Shown: positions 40,284 to 49,323, counted from the first letter of the stretch. The stretch: DNA of 50,053 bases from Ilumatobacteraceae bacterium (GCA_035633295.1 DASQFE010000603.1:1-50053); one strand, 5' to 3'. Made by a program: numbers and translations. The notes: generated by a model from the sequence alone, not told the origin.

Positions 40284-42560
40284 ATGCAGGACTTTCTCGC
40301 GTACACCGTTCTGGGCATCTGCCTCGGGTCGGTGTACGCCATCGCCGCCGCCGGCATCGTGGTCACCTACACCACGTCGGGGATGTTCAACTTCGCCCAT
40401 GGCGCCGTGGCGACCATGTGTGCGCTCGTCTACTGGCAGTTGAATCAGGCGTGGCACGTGCCCGGCCTCATCGCCGCCGTACTGACGGTCTGCTGCTTCG
40501 CTCCGGCGCTCGGAATCTTCCTGGAACTGGTGGTGATGCGCGGGCTGCGCGACACCAACGAGGTCACCAAGCTGGTCGTTCCCATCGCAGTACTCCTTGC
40601 GATCACGGGAACGGCCACGTGGATCTGGTTCCGTGACGGCGCCCGCGCGATCGTGCCCAAGAGGTTCTTCGGCGCGCAGAGCATCGACGTGCTCGGCCAG
40701 CCCGTCTACTACCACCAGGTCATCGGTGTCGTGCTCGCAGCGGCGATCGCCGTCGGGCTCTACCTCGTGATGTACCGGACGCGGCTCGGGGTCACCATGC
40801 GGGCGACGGTCGACGATCGACGCTTGCTCATGCTCAACGGGGGACGACCCGACCACGCCAGCATGGCCAGCTGGGGCATCGGCTGCGGGCTCGCCGGACT
40901 GGCCGGGGTGCTGCTCGCCTCCCAACAGGGCGCGCTGCAGGTCTTCGCGCTCACCCTGCTCGTCATCGACTCCTACGCCGCAGCGGTCGCCGGACGCCTG
41001 CGCAGCGTGCCCATCGCCTACGTCGGCGCGATGGTCCTCGGGCTCGCCCGGTCGTACTTCGACATGGTGTCCAACGCCGGCCAGAACTGGCCGGCGATCG
41101 CCAACATGCGCAACGCGATCCCGGCGATCCTGCTCTTCGCCGCGCTCTTGTTGCTGCCGCAGGGCCGATTGCGCGGCGCGGTCGTGACGCGCACCCGTGA
41201 ACGGTTCAACGTCCCGACGATGAAACAAGCCGTCGCATGGGGCGCGATCCTCATCGTGGGCGTGGCAATGCTGCAAGCCTTGATGAAGGGCGCGGCCGTC
41301 ATCAACCTCACCAACAGCATGGCCCTCTCGCTCATGGCATTGTCGTTGGTGCTCCTCACCGGGTACGCCGGCGAGATCAACCTTGCCGTGTATGCCTTCG
41401 CCGGAATTGCCCTGATCGCAGCATGGCAGTTCGACGTCGGCCCGGGCGGCCTCGCCACCCAGGAGTCGCTCTCGCTCGCCGCAATCGTGCTGGCGATGGT
41501 GATCTGTGCGTTCATCGGCGGGCTCATCGCCTTGCCTGCGCTGCGCCTGAGCGGCCTGTACCTGGGCTTGGCGACGTTCGCCTTCGGAGTCATCGTCTAC
41601 CAGTTGGTCATCCTCCAGCCGAGGCCGCTGCAGGGCTCGATCTTCGGTCAGCAGTTCACCGTCAACTTCTTCACCAACGGGTCGGTCACCGTTCCCCGCC
41701 CGCGCTGGTTCGGCGTCGACTTCCGCAACGAGCGCGCCTTCCTGATCCTGTTGACCGTGATGTTCGTCGTCATCGGCATCATGCTGATCCGACTCCGGCG
41801 GAGCGCGTACGGTCGGATGATCATCGCCATGAAGGACAGCCCGGCAGCGTGCGCCACCCTGGGGATGAACATCACGCGACTCAAGCTCGGCGTGTTCATG
41901 CTGTCGGCCGCGATCGCCGGTCTCGGCGGTCTGATGTGGGCGGCGCAGCAACGTACGGTCGCCAGCAACAACAACTTCGACGGGTTCGCCAGCCTGCTGC
42001 TGTTCATGATCGCGGTGGTGTGCGGAATCGGCTACGTCAGCGGGGCCCTCCTGGCCGGGGTCTTCCTCAGCGTCCTCAGCCTGGCGATCCCCAACGTGTT
42101 CGAGAAGCTGGGTTCCGACTACGAGTCGCTGCACTGGCTGTTCGTCACCGGCCTGGGCAACTTCGCCAAGTTCATCGGTGCTGCCTTGATCGGCATCCGG
42201 CTGGCCCGGAACCCGAGCGGTATCGCCCAGCAGGTGATGGATGGCTTCCGCCCGTTGAGGCGCGTTCCAGTGGGGACGGGCGTCTGGGTGGCGTCGATCA
42301 TGATGTGGTGGCTGCTGGCCTGGCGTGGCGTCATCGGCAACTGGACGTTCGCGCTCGGCGTCATCGCCTCGGCGTTCATCGTTCCACGACTCTTGATGGC
42401 GATGTACCCGCAGCGCTTCATCGATGAGGGCAACGACGGCCAGGAGGATCTCGACATGATCGGGCTGTCCAGGCCGTTCGTCACCTCAGATCGAGACCGG
42501 TTCGATCGTGAGCTCGCGATACCGGTTGCCAGGGGGGGTCGCTCCGATGTCACTGCTTGA
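40284..42560 (+). CDS. fused LivH-LivM type branched-chain/HAAT ABC permease (758 aa)
   Basis: N-terminal half: LGICLGSVYAIAAAGIVVTYTTSGMFNFAHGA (LivH). C-terminal half: LLTGYAGEINLAVYAFAGI...ALRLSGLYLGLATFAFG (LivM). Many hydrophobic spans. Confidence 0.85.
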   Translation: MQDFLAYTVLGICLGSVYAIAAAGIVVTYTTSGMFNFAHGAVATMCALVYWQLNQAWHVPGLIAAVLTVCCFAPALGIFLELVVMRGLRDTNEVTKLVVPIAVLLAITGTATWIWFRDGARAIVPKRFFGAQSIDVLGQPVYYHQVIGVVLAAAIAVGLYLVMYRTRLGVTMRATVDDRRLLMLNGGRPDHASMASWGIGCGLAGLAGVLLASQQGALQVFALTLLVIDSYAAAVAGRLRSVPIAYVGAMVLGLARSYFDMVSNAGQNWPAIANMRNAIPAILLFAALLLLPQGRLRGAVVTRTRERFNVPTMKQAVAWGAILIVGVAMLQALMKGAAVINLTNSMALSLMALSLVLLTGYAGEINLAVYAFAGIALIAAWQFDVGPGGLATQESLSLAAIVLAMVICAFIGGLIALPALRLSGLYLGLATFAFGVIVYQLVILQPRPLQGSIFGQQFTVNFFTNGSVTVPRPRWFGVDFRNERAFLILLTVMFVVIGIMLIRLRRSAYGRMIIAMKDSPAACATLGMNITRLKLGVFMLSAAIAGLGGLMWAAQQRTVASNNNFDGFASLLLFMIAVVCGIGYVSGALLAGVFLSVLSLAIPNVFEKLGSDYESLHWLFVTGLGNFAKFIGAALIGIRLARNPSGIAQQVMDGFRPLRRVPVGTGVWVASIMMWWLLAWRGVIGNWTFALGVIASAFIVPRLLMAMYPQRFIDEGNDGQEDLDMIGLSRPFVTSDRDRFDRELAIPVARGGRSDVTA

Positions 42561-43278
42561 GTGCCACGCGCTGAACATGAGTTTCGGTGGAGCAAGGGTG
42601 TTGATCGATGTCGACATCACCGCCGAAGCCGGGGCGATCACGGGCCTGATCGGACCGAACGGAGCCGGCAAGACCACGCTGTTCAACGTGATCACCGGGT
42701 TGCTCCACCCGACTTCGGGCACCGTGCTGCTCGATGGTCGCAACATCACCGGGCTGAAACCGTTCAAGCGGTCACGCCTCGGTGTCGCTCGCACGTTCCA
42801 GCGACTCGAGCTGTTCACGTCGCTGTCGGTGCGCGACAACATTCGGGTGGCCGGCGAGATCGGCGCGAAATGGCAGCGCAACTCCACCGATCTGACTGCT
42901 GAGACCGACCGGGTACTCGACCAGCTCGGCATCAGCGATCTCGCCGACCGCGACGTGACCGAGATCCCGACCGGCATGGCGCGACGGGTCGAGGTCGGCA
43001 GGGCGTTGATGACCCGACCGAAGATCCTGCTGCTCGATGAGCCCGCCTCGGGGCAGAACGAGGACGAGACCGACGAATTCGCCGAACTGCTGCTGGAGCT
43101 GTGCGCTGCCGGAACGTCGATCCTCCTCGTCGAACACGACGTGGCCCTCGTGATGAAGGTGTGCTCGTTCGTGCAGGTGCTCGACTTCGGAGTTGTCATC
43201 GCCACCGGCACGCCGGAGGAGATCCAGAGCAACAGCCTGGTCCTCGATGCCTACCTCGGGGCGGAACAGACACCGTGA
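42547..43278 (+). CDS. ABC transporter ATP-binding protein (LivG-like)
   Basis: Walker A GPNGAGKTT, Walker B LLLDEP, H-loop VEHD. The signature motif is degenerate (PTGMARRV). Overlaps the permease end by 14 nt. Confidence 0.85.
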   Translation: MSLLECHALNMSFGGARVLIDVDITAEAGAITGLIGPNGAGKTTLFNVITGLLHPTSGTVLLDGRNITGLKPFKRSRLGVARTFQRLELFTSLSVRDNIRVAGEIGAKWQRNSTDLTAETDRVLDQLGISDLADRDVTEIPTGMARRVEVGRALMTRPKILLLDEPASGQNEDETDEFAELLLELCAAGTSILLVEHDVALVMKVCSFVQVLDFGVVIATGTPEEIQSNSLVLDAYLGAEQTP

Positions 43279-43988
43279 CCGCGCCCAGCCTCGAGCTCAT
43301 CGACGTGACCGCTGGATACGGCCCGATCGTCGTGCTGCAGGGCGTGTCGCTCGAAGTGGGCCACGGGGAGATCCTTGCTCTGCTCGGACCCAACGGTGGC
43401 GGCAAGTCGACGACCCTGCAGGTGTGCAGTGGGTTGCTGCCGATCACTCATGGTCAGGTGCGACTCGCCGATCATTCGGTCACCGGAACGTCGCCACACG
43501 CCTTGGCCAGAGCAGGCGTGTGCGCCGTGCCGGAAGGGCGTGGCGTCTTCCCCAACCTCACGGTGCGCGAGAACCTGATGATGGCCACGCATACGGGCCT
43601 GCTGCTCGCCGACATCGAGGACGCGACGTATGTGCGTTTCCCTGTACTCGGCGAGTGCCGTTCTCAGCTTGCGGGAACCCTGTCGGGCGGCCAACAGCAG
43701 ATGTTGTCGATGTCGAGGGCGTTGGCCACCGATCCGGCCGTCCTGTTGCTCGACGAGTTGTCGATGGGCCTGGCGCCGATGATCGTTGCATCGCTGTACG
43801 AGATCGTTGCCGGGGTGGCCGCCGAAGGTGTCTCGGTGCTCGTGGTCGAACAGTTCGCCCGGTCAGTGCTCGGCATCGCCGACCGAGCTGCCATCATGCT
43901 CAACGGACAGATCGCTCGCTCAGGGCCCCCGGACGAGATCGCGGAAGAACTCTCAGCTGCCTACATGGGCAGAAAGGCGAAGGTATGA
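43275..43988 (+). CDS. ABC transporter ATP-binding protein (LivF-like)
   Basis: GTGA overlap. Motifs: GPNGGGKST, LSGGQQQML, LLLDEL, VEQ. Confidence 0.85.
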   Translation: MTAPSLELIDVTAGYGPIVVLQGVSLEVGHGEILALLGPNGGGKSTTLQVCSGLLPITHGQVRLADHSVTGTSPHALARAGVCAVPEGRGVFPNLTVRENLMMATHTGLLLADIEDATYVRFPVLGECRSQLAGTLSGGQQQMLSMSRALATDPAVLLLDELSMGLAPMIVASLYEIVAGVAAEGVSVLVVEQFARSVLGIADRAAIMLNGQIARSGPPDEIAEELSAAYMGRKAKV

Positions 43989-44356
43989 CCGACCCAGGTC
44001 GTAAGGAACAGTTTGCTGCCGACGTGGCTGCGATGCAGGTGAAGACGTCGGGCAAGGCGTCCGCCGAACGCGCGTCGAGCACCTTGGGCATCATCTTGAT
44101 GGTCGCATCACTGGTCATCGGCATCGGGTCGTACGTGACGGCCTCGAACGAGACCAACGTGCTCGACCAGAACGAACTCATCATCCTCGGGTTCGTGTGC
44201 GTCACCATGGCGATCATCGGCGCGGCGTTGTGGATCCGTGTGGCACTCGTACGTTTCTGGCGGTTCTGGTTGCTGCGCTCGCTCTACGAGGGCCAGGCTC
44301 ATCTCGACGAGGTGGTCAAGGCCATCCGCGACCGTGATGGCGCGCCGGGCCACTAG
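43985..44356 (+). CDS. small membrane protein (2 predicted TM helices), translationally coupled to the ABC genes
   Basis: ATGA overlap with the livF-like gene. Hydrophobic spans LGIILMVASLVIGIGSYV and LIILGFVCVTMAIIGAALWI. No recognisable family. Confidence 0.6.
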   Translation: MTDPGRKEQFAADVAAMQVKTSGKASAERASSTLGIILMVASLVIGIGSYVTASNETNVLDQNELIILGFVCVTMAIIGAALWIRVALVRFWRFWLLRSLYEGQAHLDEVVKAIRDRDGAPGH

Positions 44357-44394
44357 AACACCACCACCCCGAAGGGGTTCTGGGGCGGGCTGGG

Positions 44395-45423
44395 TCAGTC
44401 CAGTACCAGTTCGGCCATCGTCCGCAGGGTCTCGATCGAGCCCCCGACGAGCATCGTCGTGACACGGCTGTGCTTCCAGGCCTCGAGGTCGTCGCGAACC
44501 TTGGCCTTCGGGCCGACGAGGCAGATCTCATCGATCATTGCGTTCGGCACTGCGGCGATCGCCTCGTCCTGCTTGGCGTCGAGGAACAACGCCTGGATCC
44601 GGTCCACGGCGGCCTCGTGGCCCAGCCGGCGAAACACGTCGGCGTGGAAGTTCATCTCCTTGGCTCCCATTCCGCCGACATAGAGCGCAAGCGTCGGTCG
44701 CAGCCGGTCGTAGGCGCGCTCCAGGTCGTCGTCGATGGCAACGTTGACCGTGGGGAGGATCTCGAACGTGTCGGGCGTACGCCGAGCCGTCGGCCGGGCG
44801 AAGCCCTCGGCGAGTGACGGACCATAGAGCTCCTCGTGGCGCGGCGCGTAGAAGATGGGGAACCAGCCATCGGCGATCTCCGCGGCGAGCGCCACGTTGC
44901 GCGGCCCCTCTGCACCGAGGAAGATCGGCACGTCGACGCGCAGGGGGTGCGTCATGATGTTGAGCGCTTTGCCGAGGCCGAGGCCGTCGGTGGCGGGAAT
45001 CGGGTACTCGGGCCCGTCATTGGTCAATCGCTCCTCGCGGGCGAGAATCCGCCGCACGATGTCGACGTACTCGCGCGTACGCGCCAGCGGACGGGTGAAG
45101 CGCTGGCCGTACCAGCCCTCGACGACCTGCGGGCCGCTCACCCCGAGACCCAGACAGAATCGACCCCCCGACAGGTGGTCCATCGTCACCGCTGCCATGG
45201 CAGTTGCGGTCGGAGTCCGCGCCGACATCTGGATGAGGTTGGTGCCGAGCCTGATCGTGCTCGTCGACGCGCCCCACCAGGCGAGCGGGGAGATCGCATC
45301 GCTCCCCCACGACTCGGCCGTCCACGCCGAATCGAACCCGAGCCGTTCCACCTCCTGGAGAATCTGAGGAACACCGGGCGGCATCGAGCGGCCCCAATAT
45401 CCGATGTGCCAACCGAGCTTCAT
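44395..45423 (-). CDS. LLM-class F420-dependent oxidoreductase
   Basis: MKLGWHIGYWG...GFDSAWTAESWGSDA...GRFCLGLGVSGPQVVEGWYG. Operator site 7 lies 32 nt upstream. Confidence 0.88.
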   Translation of the reverse strand: MKLGWHIGYWGRSMPPGVPQILQEVERLGFDSAWTAESWGSDAISPLAWWGASTSTIRLGTNLIQMSARTPTATAMAAVTMDHLSGGRFCLGLGVSGPQVVEGWYGQRFTRPLARTREYVDIVRRILAREERLTNDGPEYPIPATDGLGLGKALNIMTHPLRVDVPIFLGAEGPRNVALAAEIADGWFPIFYAPRHEELYGPSLAEGFARPTARRTPDTFEILPTVNVAIDDDLERAYDRLRPTLALYVGGMGAKEMNFHADVFRRLGHEAAVDRIQALFLDAKQDEAIAAVPNAMIDEICLVGPKAKVRDDLEAWKHSRVTTMLVGGSIETLRTMAELVLD

Positions 45424-45454
45424 CAGATCACCTTAGGCTAGGTTGCTGCTGGTT

Positions 45455-45471
45455 TCTGACGGGGCGTCAGA
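45455..45471. promoter_or_regulatory. operator palindrome site 7: TCTGACG-GGG-CGTCAGA (perfect)
   Basis: Lies between the LLM gene (start 45423, minus strand) and the ACAD pair (start 45496, plus strand). Confidence 0.7.
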
Positions 45472-45495
45472 TCATGAACACATCTGGAGGGACGA

Positions 45496-46671
45496 ATGGA
45501 ACTGGCGTACACCGACGAGCAGTTGGCGACGCGGTCGACGCTTCGCGCCTACTACGACGACCTGCTCGACCCCGATACCGTGGCCGAACTGGCAGCGGGT
45601 CACGGTATCGGCCCATCGATGCGGCGGGTCTGGAAGCAGATGTGCGCCGACGGCTGGGCCGGAGTCGGCTGGCCGACCAGCTACGGCGGCCAGGGACGAT
45701 CGGCGATCGATCAGTTCATCTTCTTCGACGAGTCGATGCGCGCCGGCGCCCCGGTGCCGATGCTCACGATCAACTCCGTCGGCCCGACGGTCATGGCCTA
45801 CGGCACCGACGAGCAGAAGGAGTTCTTCCTTCCCAAGATCCTGGCCGGCGACATCCACTTCTGTATCGGCTACTCCGAGCCCGGCGCCGGCACCGACCTT
45901 GCGTCACTGCGAACGAGCGCAGTTCGTGACGGCGACGAGTACGTGATCAACGGCCAGAAGATGTGGACGTCGCTGTCGAGTGATGCCGACTACATGTGGC
46001 TCGCCGTGCGCACAGATCAGGAGGCGAAGAAGCACAAGGGAATCTCGATCCTTGCACTGCCCATGGACACCCCCGGTATCACGTTGCAGCCCCTGCGGTT
46101 GATGGGCGAACACGACATCAATGCCGTGTTCCTCGACGATGTGCGGGTGCCCGTCGCCAACTGCATCGGCGGCGAGAACCAAGGGTGGACCCTGATCACC
46201 AACCAACTGAACCATGAGCGGGTCACCCTGTGCTCGTCGGGCATCGTCGAGCGAGCGCTCGACGACATCCGGGCATGGGCGCAGCAGACGGAGTTGCCTG
46301 ATGGGCGCCGCGTCGTGGATCAGGAGTGGGTGCAGCTCAGCCTGGCCAGAGTTCACGCCAAGCTCGACGTGCTCCGATTGATGAACTGGCAGAGCGCGTG
46401 GGAGGCCACCAACGGTGTGCTCGACATCGGGCACTGCTCGGCCATCAAGGTCTTCGGCACCGAGTTCTACCTCGATTCGTTCCGGCTGCTGTTCGAGATC
46501 CTCGGCCCGCCCGGGTACCTCAAATCAGGTACCCCGGGAGCGGTGCTCCAGTCGCGTCTCGAGGCGTCGTACCGGGGCATGCTCATCCTCACCTTCGGCG
46601 GCGGCACCAACGAGATGCAGCGTGACCTGATCACGATGTTCAGCCTCGGATTCCCCCGGGCGGCACGCTGA
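45496..46671 (+). CDS. acyl-CoA dehydrogenase, alpha subunit of a ChsE-type alpha2beta2 pair (FadE26/28-like)
   Basis: GYSEPGAGTDLAS, YVINGQKMWTS, FGGGTNEMQRD (catalytic Glu). GGAGGG SD. Confidence 0.88.
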   Translation: MELAYTDEQLATRSTLRAYYDDLLDPDTVAELAAGHGIGPSMRRVWKQMCADGWAGVGWPTSYGGQGRSAIDQFIFFDESMRAGAPVPMLTINSVGPTVMAYGTDEQKEFFLPKILAGDIHFCIGYSEPGAGTDLASLRTSAVRDGDEYVINGQKMWTSLSSDADYMWLAVRTDQEAKKHKGISILALPMDTPGITLQPLRLMGEHDINAVFLDDVRVPVANCIGGENQGWTLITNQLNHERVTLCSSGIVERALDDIRAWAQQTELPDGRRVVDQEWVQLSLARVHAKLDVLRLMNWQSAWEATNGVLDIGHCSAIKVFGTEFYLDSFRLLFEILGPPGYLKSGTPGAVLQSRLEASYRGMLILTFGGGTNEMQRDLITMFSLGFPRAAR

Positions 46672-47738
46672 TGGACTTTGCCCTGTCCCCCGACCAGGCG
46701 GCCCTGCGCGACCTCACCCGCCAGATCGTCACCGATGCCTGCACGTCAGAGCACCTCACCGCAGTGTCGGCCACCGAGTCGGCGACCGACCTCGACCTGT
46801 GGCGCACGCTCGCCGATGCCGGCCTCGTCTCGATCCACCTGCCGGAGGCTGCCGGGGGCGGCGGTTACGGATGGCTCGAAGCCGCAATCGTGCTCAGCGA
46901 GATCGGCCGCATTGCCGCGCCGCTCCCCGCCCTCGCCGTCATGGCCATGGCGTCGCCGGCATTGGCCACGGTGCACCACGAACACCCCGAGCTGCTCGAT
47001 GGTGTCGCCACCGGCGAGCACGTGGTGACAGCGGCGATCCACGAACAGGTCGGCGATCCATGGAGCCCCACCACGTCGGTCGCCGCCGGTCGCCTCAGCG
47101 GCACGAAGGTGTGCGTGTCGCACGGGCTGCTGGCGACCCGTCTCGTCGTCACCGCGGCCGACGGCCTGTACTCGGTCGAGGCGGATGCGCCGGGGGTGAG
47201 CATCGTCCGTCAGGACACCACGTCGGGGGTACCCGATGCAATGGTGAGCTTCGACAGCGCGCCGGCGCTGCGGATCGGCGGCAACGACGCCAGTAAGGCC
47301 CTGCTCCAGCGAGCCCAGTCAGCCGCCTGCGTCATGACGGCGGCCTCGTGCGAGACCGTGCTTGCATTGACCGCTGAGTACACGCGGACGCGACACCAGT
47401 TCGATCGGGCCATCGCCAGCTTTCAGGCGGTGAGCCAGCGCGCCGGCGATGCCTACATCGACACCGAGGCCGTCAGGCTCACCGCCTGGCAGGCCGCTTG
47501 GCGGCTCGACCGGGGCATGCCGTGCGACGAGGAAATGCTGACGGCGAAATTCTGGGCTGCCGAAGGCGGCTGGCGCGTCATGCACACCGCCCATCATCTC
47601 CACGGCGGCGTGGGCGTGGATCGTGACTACCCACTGCACCGCCACTTCTTCAACCACAAGCAGTTGGAGTTGCAGCTCGGCTCGGCCAACCCGTCACTCC
47701 AGCGGCTCGGCCGGATCCTCGCGGACTCACCGGTCTGA
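46671..47738 (+). CDS. acyl-CoA dehydrogenase-fold beta subunit (FadE27/29-like, no catalytic Glu)
   Basis: TGATG junction. ACAD fold (RHQFDRAIASFQAV). The C-terminus is HGGVGVDRDYPLH rather than the xGGxxE motif. Confidence 0.82.
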   Translation: MDFALSPDQAALRDLTRQIVTDACTSEHLTAVSATESATDLDLWRTLADAGLVSIHLPEAAGGGGYGWLEAAIVLSEIGRIAAPLPALAVMAMASPALATVHHEHPELLDGVATGEHVVTAAIHEQVGDPWSPTTSVAAGRLSGTKVCVSHGLLATRLVVTAADGLYSVEADAPGVSIVRQDTTSGVPDAMVSFDSAPALRIGGNDASKALLQRAQSAACVMTAASCETVLALTAEYTRTRHQFDRAIASFQAVSQRAGDAYIDTEAVRLTAWQAAWRLDRGMPCDEEMLTAKFWAAEGGWRVMHTAHHLHGGVGVDRDYPLHRHFFNHKQLELQLGSANPSLQRLGRILADSPV

Positions 47739-47742
47739 CGGC

Positions 47743-49323
47743 TCAACCCTCGAGACCGAGGAGGCGCAGCGCCTCGGCGTTGGCCCACCGGTAGTCGGCC
47801 TTGCCGACCGCAGTCCGCACCACCTCCGGCACGAACTCGATCGCCTTGGGTGCCTTGAAGTCGGCAACGAGTGTGTGCGCGTGCGCGATCAGCTCGCCGA
47901 CCGTCGCATGCATGTCCGGGCGGAGCGACACCAGTGCTGTGACCTGTTGTCCCCACCGCTCGCTCGGGGTGCCGACCACGACTGCGTCGTACACCGCCGC
48001 GTGCTGCTTGAGCGCCGCTTCGACTTCCTCGGGGTGGATCTTCTCGCCGCCGCTGTTGATGCTGACCGAGCCCCGCCCGAGCATGGTGATGGACCCGTCG
48101 GACTCGATCACTGCGAAGTCACCCGGCACGACCCACCGCTTGCCGGCGAACACCGGAAACGTGGCCGCCGTCTTGTCCGGATCCTTGTAGTAGCCGAGTG
48201 GGATACGCCCACTGCGAGCCAGTTTTCCGGTCTGACCCGGTGCACACTGCTCACCGTCGTCGGTGAGGACGGTGGTGTCGGGGCCGACATCGAATCGTGG
48301 CGCGCTGTGACCGGCACCGTCGTCAGCGCGCGATCCGGCCGCACCGGTCTCCGACGCGCCGTAGCTGTCGAGAATGACCACGTTCGGCAACACCGCCTTC
48401 AGCTCGCGGCGCACACCCGCCGACAGCGGCGCCCCACCGTTGCCGATGCTGAACATGTTCGACAGGTCGTAGGTCGCGGTGCCGTCGGCGAGCGCAGCCG
48501 CCAGCGGACGGCCCATCGCGTCGCCGATCGTGCTCACCGAGTTCGCCCAACTGCGCTCGGCCAACCTCCAGATCGCATGCGGATCGAACCGGGGCCCGGT
48601 CGAGAGCACGAACACGCCACCCATCGTGAAGGCGTTGCCCATCACCCATTGGCTCCCACCGTGCATCATCGGGCCGAGCGCCATCAGCCGGATCTGTCCC
48701 GGGTTCGCCACGGCTTCCTCACCGAGTTGTTCCGGCCGCTCGATCGGGCGGCCTCCACGACCGGCGTTCATCGCCGCCAGCAGTACATCCTCATGACGCC
48801 ACATCACGCCCTTTGGCATCCCGGTCGTTCCGCCGGTGTAGATCAGGTAGAGATCGTCGGCCGAACGCTCGCGCCCGTCGCGCCCGGCCGAGGCTGCCGC
48901 CAACGCCGACTCATACGCATCGCCGATCACCAACGTGTGCCGCACCAGCGGGAGGGCGTCACGCACCGCATCGACGGCACCGGTGAACTCCTCACCGACG
49001 ATCACCGCGACGCAGTCGGCGTTGTCGTAGAGGTACCGCAGTTCGGCCTCGACGTAGCGGAAGTTGACGTTGATCGGTACTGCGCTGATCTTGCAGCAGG
49101 CGTAGAACGACTCGACCCACTCGGTGCAGTTCGCCGCGTGGATACCGACATGCTCGCCCGGGCGAACCCCGACGCCGGCCAGATGGTTGGCGAGTCGCGT
49201 CGCCCGCTCGTCGAGTTCCCCGTACGTCAACTCACGGTCATCGGTGATCACAGCCGGCCGGTCGGGGATCGCGTCGGCGATGATCTCGAAGACGTCGGCG
49301 AGCTGGAATTGACGACGTGTCAC
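47743..49323 (-). CDS. FadD17/FadD19-type acyl-CoA (steroid-acid) ligase, second paralog
   Basis: GTG start with GTGA overlap. Motifs: IYTGGTTGMPKGVMWRHEDV, GDFAVIESDGSITMLGRGSVSINSGGEKIHPEEVE, GKADYRWA. Confidence 0.88.
   Translation of the reverse strand: MTRRQFQLADVFEIIADAIPDRPAVITDDRELTYGELDERATRLANHLAGVGVRPGEHVGIHAANCTEWVESFYACCKISAVPINVNFRYVEAELRYLYDNADCVAVIVGEEFTGAVDAVRDALPLVRHTLVIGDAYESALAAASAGRDGRERSADDLYLIYTGGTTGMPKGVMWRHEDVLLAAMNAGRGGRPIERPEQLGEEAVANPGQIRLMALGPMMHGGSQWVMGNAFTMGGVFVLSTGPRFDPHAIWRLAERSWANSVSTIGDAMGRPLAAALADGTATYDLSNMFSIGNGGAPLSAGVRRELKAVLPNVVILDSYGASETGAAGSRADDGAGHSAPRFDVGPDTTVLTDDGEQCAPGQTGKLARSGRIPLGYYKDPDKTAATFPVFAGKRWVVPGDFAVIESDGSITMLGRGSVSINSGGEKIHPEEVEAALKQHAAVYDAVVVGTPSERWGQQVTALVSLRPDMHATVGELIAHAHTLVADFKAPKAIEFVPEVVRTAVGKADYRWANAEALRLLGLEG

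Noticed and set aside
44367-44377. A CCCC-gaa-GGGG mini-hairpin between the convergent small membrane protein gene and the LLM gene.
   Set aside because: The stem is only 4-5 bp with no flanking U/A tracts. That is too weak to call a terminator.
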